64,000 nucleotides of DNA from a virus (lineage: Duplodnaviria; Caudoviricetes): positions 17,332-81,331 of the IMG/VR virus record IMGVR_UViG_3300037461_000547; one strand, 5' to 3'. The notes beneath the pieces were generated by a model that was not told the DNA's origin, searched no databases, and was given only the letters and a program-made list of their open reading frames with translations. Numbering within the stretch: position 1 is the stretch's first letter; every line of letters starts with the position of its first letter. A program made the translations under genes and the position numbers. Positions 1 to 6,653 of the stretch are shown here, piece after piece.

Positions 1-1
1 C

Positions 2-18
2 CATCTTACTCTCCTTCC
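2..18 (-). promoter_or_regulatory. RBS and start codon of a minus-strand gene running off the left edge
   Basis: Minus strand reads GGAAGGAGAGTAAGATG: AAGGAG then ATG at 4..2. Confidence 0.5.
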
Positions 19-22
19 ACAA

Positions 23-69
23 CCCACACCCTGATTCATAGAGTCAGTGTTACTGGGTCAGGGTGTGGG
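23..69. other. Strong hairpin in divergent intergenic region
   Basis: CCCACACCCTGA (23-34) is the perfect inverted repeat of TCAGGGTGTGGG (58-69). Confidence 0.7.
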
Positions 70-171
70 CATACCTTTAGAGAGTCCCTTTTTAGGATTT
101 GGGCGGTGGTTAAACCACAAGATCATCCCCATCTCGTAGAAAGCGCTTCTGTCGCGTGAGAAGCTGTATTA

Positions 172-606
172 CAGGTAGCACAGTCACGTCGTACTGGTGG
201 AAAGAGAGGTCGCTATGTTCGCATTAGATTTAGGGCCAGTACCGAGTGAAGAAGAGTGTCAACAGTTCGGTACAGTTTCCTATGACGCTCTCCGAGCATG
301 GAAAGAGTGTCAAGCATTCCAGCACCAGTTAGAACGCCAATTCAAAAAAGAATTAACAGAAGCTAATCCCAAAGCACCAGCACCAAAGATCATCAGAATC
401 GCTGTCCACAAAGAACCTGAAGGTTACTATGAAGTAGTTGTCAAAGTAGAAGACGGCGCAAGTGATGATGTAATTGCTCTGGCGTACACCATAGAAGAAA
501 ATCTACCACAACACTGGGACAAAGAAGCTAAAGATGAACTAAAAAGAATAGAATGATTTATTAAATCAGTACGACACTACCTGTGCTGCAGGTAGCACAG
601 TCACGT
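172..606 (+). repeat. 18-bp direct repeat flanking the first ORF
   Basis: CAGGTAGCACAGTCACGT identical at 172-189 and 589-606. Confidence 0.95.
215..556 (+). CDS. Hypothetical phage protein (acidic)
   Basis: Open frame 197-556; GAGG RBS favours ATG 215; resembles a recurrent phage hypothetical (LGPVPSEEECQQ...YYEVVV...HWD). Confidence 0.8.
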   Translation: MFALDLGPVPSEEECQQFGTVSYDALRAWKECQAFQHQLERQFKKELTEANPKAPAPKIIRIAVHKEPEGYYEVVVKVEDGASDDVIALAYTIEENLPQHWDKEAKDELKRIE

Positions 607-628
607 TAAGCGTCCTGTCGCCATTGGA

Positions 629-675
629 AGGCCTGTGGGGAAACTCACAATACCCCAACGGGGTAGAAAGGCCTA
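629..675 (+). other. Local three-way-junction leader upstream of the ParB-like gene
   Basis: AGGCC/GGCCT closing stem, TGTGGG-GAAA-CTCACA GNRA hairpin, TACCCC-AAC-GGGGTA hairpin, ending 3 nt before ATG 679. Confidence 0.55.
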
Positions 676-678
676 ACA

Positions 679-1953
679 ATGGCTAAAGCTAAATCGATCT
701 TTGAGTCAATGACGCAAGAAGATATGCAGAAGCTGATCGATGCGTCAGAAGTGACGCCTGCGGGTCAGATTATGTATCAAGACGGTTTCATTGACCCTGA
801 AGCCGAGGGCAAAGACCTTAAGTACGACTGGGACGCACAACCCAGAGAAACGACAGATGGAAGAGGGTTGGTCGATTCTATTCTTCGTTTAGGATTGATT
901 GAACCTCCAACACTGGCGTTGTACGGTGGTGATGACGTCCCAGAAGTAGTTCGTGGACATCGTAGAATCGACGCCACGAAAATCAGTAAGACAGAACACC
1001 CAGAAGATTACAAGCGTATTTTCCCCAACGGTGTTCCTGTCAAGATTGCCGTCGGTAAAGTGGTCAATGGTAATCGGGTGGATTTAACGCACAAAGACAT
1101 CTTTCTTCTGCGTGCGGACCACGATTTGGACTCTCTCAAAGAATCCTTACATTCAAAGATTGAGTGCTACAAAATGGTATCCCCGCTGTTTCGCGCTGGG
1201 TTCACTTATGCAGAAGTAATTGAGAATACGTGGCGCACTGTGTCGCGTATCTTAAGCACAAAGTATAATGAACTCAAAGATGAAATCGCAAAGACTCCTG
1301 CACGTAGCGTTCAACTTCAAATACTGGAAAGAAGCCAACATGGGAATTACCAGTTTTTGAAGGCTTTGAGTGATTCACCGAATCTCCTTGTAGAAGCATG
1401 GATGAACGGTGAACGGAACAAAGGTCCTAAATTCACACAAGCACAGATCAAAGGTCTGGCTTCAAAGTTCAAAAGTCTTCAGGCGGATGCGGGCAAAACT
1501 GCCGGTGCAGACGCATTAACTCAAGAAAATCCTGGCGATGCTTGGATTAAAGAGTTCAATGATGTCTTCACAGAAATCAGTGTGCCTAAAGAAGCCAAAG
1601 AAGCCGGTCCAAAAATGGCAAAACGTGGCAAGATTGAAGAAATGCTCATTGCTGTTTCTTCAAAGACTGCACGCTTGGCTTTCCAATCTGTTCTCGGTGT
1701 GGAGAACGCAGAGAAACTGTTGAAAAACACCTATGACAAAGATGTCGCTGTGTTTGAATCAATCCGTGAATCTGTCCCCAGCTTCGTAGAATTCGTGCTG
1801 ATCAATGCGCCCCTAATGGAGCAAGACATTACCAAATCCGATGTTAAGAAATTGACAGAAGTGCTTGGTCTTGAATCTGCTCACAGTAAAGCGGCCCAAG
1901 CTGCTGCGAAGGGTGGCCGTTCAGCGAAACAAGAAACCGCAAAAGCAAAGTAA
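679..1953 (+). CDS. ParB/Srx-like N-terminal domain protein
   Basis: SILRLGLIEPPTL...VVRGHRRIDA matches ParB-N boxes including the GxxRxxA motif. Confidence 0.7.
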   Translation: MAKAKSIFESMTQEDMQKLIDASEVTPAGQIMYQDGFIDPEAEGKDLKYDWDAQPRETTDGRGLVDSILRLGLIEPPTLALYGGDDVPEVVRGHRRIDATKISKTEHPEDYKRIFPNGVPVKIAVGKVVNGNRVDLTHKDIFLLRADHDLDSLKESLHSKIECYKMVSPLFRAGFTYAEVIENTWRTVSRILSTKYNELKDEIAKTPARSVQLQILERSQHGNYQFLKALSDSPNLLVEAWMNGERNKGPKFTQAQIKGLASKFKSLQADAGKTAGADALTQENPGDAWIKEFNDVFTEISVPKEAKEAGPKMAKRGKIEEMLIAVSSKTARLAFQSVLGVENAEKLLKNTYDKDVAVFESIRESVPSFVEFVLINAPLMEQDITKSDVKKLTEVLGLESAHSKAAQAAAKGGRSAKQETAKAK

Positions 1954-2021
1954 ACGTGCTTAAATAGAACACCCTGCGGGTCTTCCAATGGCGGCAGACG
2001 CAGACTATATGGGAGGCCAAA

Positions 2022-2213
2022 ATGCGTAAAGTCATAGAAACTTTGCTTCGGATTCTTCGAATCCATAAGAAGCAATATATCACCTATCAAAGACGTGCCG
2101 TTGACCCGTTGGAGTCAATGGTGAAAATGTATAAAAGGCAACCTTCAATTCGAGTACTGTTTCTATTAAGAAACACAACCAATGGATTACCAAAGTTGAA
2201 ACTGAAACGGTAA
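2022..2213 (+). CDS. Small basic hypothetical protein
   Basis: GGGAGG RBS 5 nt before ATG; 63 aa, K/R-rich. Confidence 0.7.
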   Translation: MRKVIETLLRILRIHKKQYITYQRRAVDPLESMVKMYKRQPSIRVLFLLRNTTNGLPKLKLKR

Positions 2214-2261
2214 AGAAGTAGACATAGTCTGCCGCTTAATGGCGACAGGAATCATCTATTA

Positions 2262-2373
2262 GGGGCGCAATTGTGTGGCGATGAGGATACATCGTTAAAA
2301 CACACAATGGGTTCAGAAAATACCCTTCCCAACGGATAAAAATTCGAGAACACGAATCCACGTGTTCCGCCCC
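2262..2373 (+). ncRNA. Putative multi-way-junction RNA domain
   Basis: GGGGCG/CGCCCC closing stem; ATTGTGTG/CACACAAT carrying GCGATG/CATCGT; GGGT/ACCC; GAACACG/CGTGTTC hairpins; no ORF. Confidence 0.6.
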
Positions 2374-2381
2374 GTCTATAC

Positions 2382-2598
2382 GCCCCCATAGCTCAATTGG
2401 TAGAGCGTCGAGTGTAGAAGCACAGGGAGATAATGCCGTGCCAATCGTAAGATTTGACGAATCTCTACGAAAAGGTTGTGGTCAATATGGGTTTGCTGCC
2501 CAGACCATCACGGAGAAATAATGCCCTGCTACCTTGAAGGCGTGCCCTGTAGGTTCGTCACTACGCTGGGCCTGTGGGTTCGAGTCCCACTGGGGGTA
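2382..2598 (+). ncRNA. Large tRNA-like RNA (217 nt) with expanded anticodon domain and long variable arm
   Basis: Acceptor GCCCCCA/TGGGGGT plus A73; D arm GCTC-AATTGGTA-GAGC; TCGAG/CTTGA stem enclosing 120 nt; T arm GTGGG-TTCGAGT-CCCAC; no encoded CCA. Confidence 0.85.
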
Positions 2599-2631
2599 TT
2601 TGGTGACAGGACGACAGGAAGGACGGTCACT

Positions 2632-2901
2632 ATGGCAGAAACAGCACCTAAATCTTCGAAAGAAGTGATGCGTGAAATCGCGGAGAAAAATACTATCCCA
2701 GAAGGATATTCTCTCGAACAAGAAATACACATATCGCTCGACGATACTTTGATTTCAGAGGTGGCGTGCCAACTCCTACGGTATAGAGTTCGCGCCATTC
2801 GTTTAGATGGCGAGTGGGAGTTACCAGAATGGGTGTATAAATCCGCAGAGGATATTGTTGATTCATACATCCATGAACACTTTATCCATCGTAAAAGATA
2901 A
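2632..2901 (+). CDS. Hypothetical protein (89 aa)
   Basis: AGGAAGGA RBS before ATG 2632; the upstream extension of the track ORF overlaps the tRNA-like RNA. Confidence 0.75.
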   Translation: MAETAPKSSKEVMREIAEKNTIPEGYSLEQEIHISLDDTLISEVACQLLRYRVRAIRLDGEWELPEWVYKSAEDIVDSYIHEHFIHRKR

Positions 2902-2984
2902 CCCTTAAGATGTCGTCAATCCTGTCACCCAATGACGGTAGGACGATAGAAAGTGAGGTGCATATGAATAGAGATAATCACTAA

Positions 2985-3518
2985 ATGTACGAAACCCTTG
3001 TATATCAAACCGTAGAAGGGGTGATTACAAGAATCGCGATTGTCAATTACAGTAGTGAAGTGTTCGGGTCATTGTTTGTGAATCCTGAATTTAAGAATAA
3101 GGATTGGCGCTCTCGCAAAATAGAGATTGTCGCAAATGATGCGTATTACTCTCCTTGTTGGATGTACCTTGATTTGGTTGCGGCACTTTCCAGACAATAT
3201 GGAAATGCCGTCCCATGGGGCACAGCCGATGTACTACATCGCGTTGTCCCACACGTGAGTAAAGCATACATAGAAAATTACACACATCTTATGTTGCTTG
3301 ACTACCGGACAGAGATTGATCGCGTCCATCATCTGGACTTGGTAGCGAACAAACAAATCAAGACCGTCTATGAACGCGACATAACATGCCGGAACATTCA
3401 CTTGTCAAAGATAATTACGATTCAACCAATCACAGACTACGAGAATGAACACGTCTATGAAATCGCACAACAGACGTTAGAGAAAAACATGTACCCTGTA
3501 AAAGTCGTCCTGCAATAA
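2985..3518 (+). CDS. Hypothetical protein
   Basis: 177-aa ORF followed by a terminator; no recognisable motif. Confidence 0.8.
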   Translation: MYETLVYQTVEGVITRIAIVNYSSEVFGSLFVNPEFKNKDWRSRKIEIVANDAYYSPCWMYLDLVAALSRQYGNAVPWGTADVLHRVVPHVSKAYIENYTHLMLLDYRTEIDRVHHLDLVANKQIKTVYERDITCRNIHLSKIITIQPITDYENEHVYEIAQQTLEKNMYPVKVVLQ

Positions 3519-3520
3519 CC

Positions 3521-3559
3521 AAACGCCCGTATCTCGTTATGAGGTACGGGCGTTTTTTT
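3521..3559 (+). terminator. Intrinsic terminator of the + strand operon
   Basis: AAACGCCCGTA...TACGGGCGTTT stem followed by T7. Confidence 0.9.
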
Positions 3560-3604
3560 ATTGATTCAACGCATCGTTAGTGTGATTTTCAAAAATCAGA
3601 ATAT

Positions 3605-3620
3605 GATTGCACAATCATAA
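3605..3620. promoter_or_regulatory. Palindromic site GATTG-N2-CAATC(R)TAA, copy 1 of 3
   Basis: GATTGCACAATCATAA; also at 3924-3942 and 34970-34988. Confidence 0.55.
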
Positions 3621-3649
3621 CCCGATTACTGTTATTGTATTCTTTTTAT

Positions 3650-3674
3650 AAAAAAAAAAAAAAAAAAAAAAAAA
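3650..3674. repeat. Poly(A) tract (25 nt)
   Basis: Direct count of the A run. Confidence 0.9.
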
Positions 3675-3729
3675 TAATATAAAGAATAGGAACTACCCCT
3701 AATCGGTCATTTTCAGTAATGTGAAAATT

Positions 3730-3793
3730 ATCACAACACACCCACCGCCCGCTGCCCATCACAACACGCCCATCACAACACACCCACCGCCCG
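3730..3793. repeat. A/C-rich direct repeats
   Basis: ATCACAACACACCCACCGCCCG at 3730-3751 and 3772-3793; ATCACAACAC three times. Confidence 0.9.
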
Positions 3794-3865
3794 TAGAACG
3801 GTTAAGCAACGGTTGCTTTGCCCTTCAGAGCTTGAAACACCACACCACCCACCAAAACTACCAAT

Positions 3866-3902
3866 AAAAAAAGGTCGCTTCCTATCTCAAGGAGAGCGAC
3901 CT
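3866..3902 (-). terminator. Intrinsic terminator of the long - strand block
   Basis: AGGTCGCT/AGCGACCT stem followed by T7 on the minus strand, downstream of dut. Confidence 0.85.
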
Positions 3903-3954
3903 ACAACCACGATGCTACAATCAGATTGCACAATCATAATCGCATCTGGCACAA

Positions 3955-4383
3955 TCACATCTGAGAAACAATCCCACCACTCGCACCCCGACACGTTGCT
4001 ACGGGATGTGCGCAATCCACTTTCTCCAATACTGGGGTATGGACCGGTACTATTACGATTTGTGCAATCGGTTCACCTTTAGCAATATAAATCGCTTGGT
4101 CCATAATATTGAATATTTTCACCAGAATCTCACCTTGATAGTCCGCGTCAATCACGCCTGCACCGATTAAGAAGTTTGATTTACTTTTCGGCCAGACGAA
4201 GGCCACTGTACCTTTTTCCCAAGCACACTTCACACCTGTCCGCACAATCTGGTAATTATGCGGATACACAATCGTATCATGTAAAGCACAGACGTCGAAT
4301 CCGGCGTCCGTAGGATGCTTACGTTTAGGGTCAGTTGCGAACTCTTCCACTTGGTACTTACAAACTTTCTTCCTTTTCCACAT
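3955..4383 (-). CDS. dut: dUTPase (trimeric type)
   Basis: DAGFD, PKSKS, GAGVIDADYQGEI and RGASG motifs; start refined to ATG 4383. Confidence 0.95.
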   Translation of the reverse strand: MWKRKKVCKYQVEEFATDPKRKHPTDAGFDVCALHDTIVYPHNYQIVRTGVKCAWEKGTVAFVWPKSKSNFLIGAGVIDADYQGEILVKIFNIMDQAIYIAKGEPIAQIVIVPVHTPVLEKVDCAHPVATCRGASGGIVSQM

Positions 4384-4387
4384 ACCT

Positions 4388-4687
4388 TTACCTTTCCACC
4401 GCCCAACATCGGACGTCGAAACGTTGTCCTTTTCGGATTCGCTCAATCTTAAACACACGTTTAATAATTGAGTAACAAAGAGCTATCGTGTCTTCACCGT
4501 CTGCTACGAGAATAAATACTTCAGATTTTTTGACAACTTTATAACGACCCTTTGGATTCATTGTAATCTCGGCACGGAATTTACAATGGCCTCTCGGAAG
4601 ACCAAACATTTCAACGCGCCAATAGCTTGTGATAAATTGTCGCCTGTAAAAAATAGTGTAATTAATTTTTGTGAATGTCCGTATCAT
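4388..4687 (-). CDS. Hypothetical protein
   Basis: 99-aa ORF tightly packed between neighbours. Confidence 0.65.
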   Translation of the reverse strand: MIRTFTKINYTIFYRRQFITSYWRVEMFGLPRGHCKFRAEITMNPKGRYKVVKKSEVFILVADGEDTIALCYSIIKRVFKIERIRKGQRFDVRCWAVER

Positions 4688-4971
4688 TGTTCTTTCCTTT
4701 CAACACCTGCTATTTCTTCGAGAAATAGCACTTGTTTTTTCAAGTGCGCAATCTCATCCCGTAGTTTGTCTTCGACAGGGGCGGGTGTTAATAACCTCCA
4801 TGATTTCCCCAATCGTATACTCGTCTGAATCAAACATAAGCATAAAATTACAGTCATTGTTTGTGCATTCAACATTGTTCGTAGAGAAATATGGCTTCTG
4901 ATTAACAGGCCCCATTGATGTTGCATTTTTAACTAATTTTAATTCACTTCCGCAAATGGACATGGCTTCAT
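4684..4971 (-). pseudogene. Lar-like (restriction alleviation) zinc-finger gene with two compensating frameshifts
   Basis: MKPCPF + CGSELK...INTRP + VEDKLRDEIAHLK is restored by adding one T at 4954-4956 and removing one C at 4778-4781. Confidence 0.65.
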
Positions 4972-4972
4972 T

Positions 4973-5188
4973 TTAGAACCCTTTTATTTCTACCATTTCG
5001 ATGCCTTCAATCTTTTCGGATTGAAATACGGTGGATACTTCATTAGCATCACAGTGGGAGATAACACCGAATATTTCGATTGTCCTGCTATCTGACTTAA
5101 AATCAGTAATTGCCTTTTGAGCGACTTCCTCATTACAAATATACTGATATGTAGAAGTCGTAAAAACAACAAGTTTCACTCGTTTCAT
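4973..5188 (-). CDS. Hypothetical protein
   Basis: 71 aa with GAAAGGAGACTGAAAAATG leader. Confidence 0.8.
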   Translation of the reverse strand: MKRVKLVVFTTSTYQYICNEEVAQKAITDFKSDSRTIEIFGVISHCDANEVSTVFQSEKIEGIEMVEIKGF

Positions 5189-5212
5189 TTTTCAGTCTCC
5201 TTTCAAAAAGGT

Positions 5213-5329
5213 GCGGCGGGCAGTTGGTCTGCAACTCTTTCGTTTTCGTCCGGTTCTTACTGCCGGATTCCGTTATCGTTTCGCCAACGCCTACGGACAG
5301 GGTGAGTCTGGCCACCACGCCACCGCCGC
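5213..5329 (-). ncRNA. Putative ~120-nt structured RNA, copy 1
   Basis: Begins GCGGCGGTGGC and ends TGCCCGCCGC; internal hairpins; intergenic. Confidence 0.5.
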
Positions 5330-5373
5330 ATTATTCAGTTTTCAATTCCAGAACAAACTTAAACAAGGTTCAC

Positions 5374-5529
5374 TCAACACATCTCCTTTGGCTTGTACCC
5401 TTCTTTCAGGCGGTCAATCTCGGCGTCTTTGCAATCGCACAGCATAATAATTTTATGTTCATCGCATAGTTTATGAATCTCAACCCCTACCTGCTTTTTA
5501 CATTTAGCGCATTCAACAATTATCCTCAT
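5374..5529 (-). CDS. Small Cys-rich protein with KDAEI motif (51 aa, below track cutoff)
   Basis: MRIIVECAKCKKQ...CDCKDAEIDRLKEGYKPKEMC; ATGA overlap with the upstream gene. Confidence 0.7.
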   Translation of the reverse strand: MRIIVECAKCKKQVGVEIHKLCDEHKIIMLCDCKDAEIDRLKEGYKPKEMC

Positions 5530-5804
5530 TTTTCACCGCCTTTCAGGGCTTGTTCGATTAAACTTACTATGACATCTCCATCGTGTTTTAACATATCAAA
5601 TACATATTTCTGCGAAATCCCAAACAGCAATTTTTTCAGCCGCTCAATCTCGGCGTCTTTGGCAGCCAGTTCTGTCAATAACCGCTTAAACTCAAGTTCG
5701 TCGGCTTTGTCTTGGAGTGGATGTCTTTTGCCCATCGGCGCGTTCATCCATTCGTCGTCCTCATCGGTTGTTTCAAATTTCGATTCATGCCAATCTTTAC
5801 TCAT
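5526..5804 (-). CDS. Hypothetical protein with AAKDAEIERLK motif
   Basis: Strong RBS leader; coiled-coil-like motif shared with neighbours. Confidence 0.8.
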   Translation of the reverse strand: MSKDWHESKFETTDEDDEWMNAPMGKRHPLQDKADELEFKRLLTELAAKDAEIERLKKLLFGISQKYVFDMLKHDGDVIVSLIEQALKGGEK

Positions 5805-5807
5805 TTT

Positions 5808-6134
5808 TCAGTCTCCTTTCAAAACTTGCTCTATAAGCCCAAGATGAGAGCTTATCGACCACGCAGGGTCATCGATTCGAGTATGCAATAACCTCAAGAC
5901 ATCTTTCATCTGGTCAATCACTGAATTTAAGTCGGCTATCTCGATACAGTGGTCTGCAATCTGATGCTGCCATTCCAAATTCTCGGTTTTCAATGTTGCA
6001 ATCTCGGCGTCTTTGGCGGCACAGTTTGGACATTGGATATTCGGAATCAGCACCCCTTCTATTCTCTTGCAGGGACAGTTATATTCGTGATTTCCTGCCG
6101 TGTCCATCTGGCAATAACAACACTGGGTAATCAT
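5808..6134 (-). CDS. Hypothetical Cys-rich protein with AAKDAEIATLK motif
   Basis: Strong RBS leader; CxxC motifs. Confidence 0.8.
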   Translation of the reverse strand: MITQCCYCQMDTAGNHEYNCPCKRIEGVLIPNIQCPNCAAKDAEIATLKTENLEWQHQIADHCIEIADLNSVIDQMKDVLRLLHTRIDDPAWSISSHLGLIEQVLKGD

Positions 6135-6472
6135 TGTTCAGTCTCCTTTCCTGTTCCATTACAGTCTGGACATTTAATAAAATGCCATCCATCACACTTT
6201 TCGAAAGCTGATTTCCAGTACCTTGTAAAAAGCCTTTTTAATCTCCATCGGATTGACCGACAGGTTTTATTATGTTCTTTTAACCATTCGGCATTTTCAT
6301 AGTCAGTATTATGCTCATCACTTATTGTCAAATTATTACCTGTTGGCTGTTTCAAATGATGTATGACAGGGTAAAACCCTACGCCATCACAGTGTCCCTT
6401 GCACATCGTTTCTGGATTCGGATAAGGTATCCCTAATGCTTCGTATCGGTCTGTAAATTCGTATTCACTCAT
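6131..6472 (-). CDS. DnaJ-type zinc-finger (CxxCxGxG) protein
   Basis: CKGHCDGVG...CPDCNGTG. Confidence 0.75.
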   Translation of the reverse strand: MSEYEFTDRYEALGIPYPNPETMCKGHCDGVGFYPVIHHLKQPTGNNLTISDEHNTDYENAEWLKEHNKTCRSIRWRLKRLFTRYWKSAFEKCDGWHFIKCPDCNGTGKETEQ

Positions 6473-6653
6473 TTTTCATTCTCCTTTATTCCGTATGTTT
6501 TATGAATTTCATCAAGCGGAGAAATTTCGATTATCCCCTGCCGCAACACGTTCGGCAGACTTCGGCTGCCGTTGATGTAGTCGATTCCGGTGCGGTGTAA
6601 AATCCGTAAGGGACTAATCCTTTGCCCTCACAGACCGGACATTTTTGGTACAT
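6469..6653 (-). pseudogene. CxxCxGxG zinc-finger gene, truncated or frameshifted
   Basis: MYQKCPVCEGKG...CRTCCGRG then TAA; one extra G in the G4 run gives GIIEISPLDEIHKTYGIKENEK* ending in an ATGA overlap with the next gene. Confidence 0.6.

Noticed and set aside
2382-2598. Calling it a standard tRNA-Leu(TAG) or an intron-containing tRNA-Ser(GCT)
   Set aside because: TG-TAG-AA lacks U33 and is not followed by the pairing strand. The Ser(GCT) splice would need an intron ending in C with no group I core or BHB motif, and the discriminator is A rather than G.
2382-2598. Calling it tmRNA (ssrA)
   Set aside because: There is no G3-U70 alanine determinant, it has a full D stem, no obvious pk1 precedes the frame, and the frame does not stop after AA. 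Kept only as a low-weight hypothesis.
2476-2631. N-terminal extension of track ORF 2476-2901
   Set aside because: It overlaps the T arm and acceptor of the tRNA-like RNA, and a better RBS precedes ATG 2632.
172-2950. Integron attC sites or transposon terminal repeats
   Set aside because: There are no RYYYAAC/GTTRRRY cores and no integrase or transposase in the window. G-U-only deviations fit RNA pairing better.
3730-3793. CRISPR array
   Set aside because: Only two 22-bp copies with a 20-bp gap that is itself repeat-derived, and no cas operon. The same applies to the 19-bp leaders at 5186-6669, which are RBS modules separated by genes.
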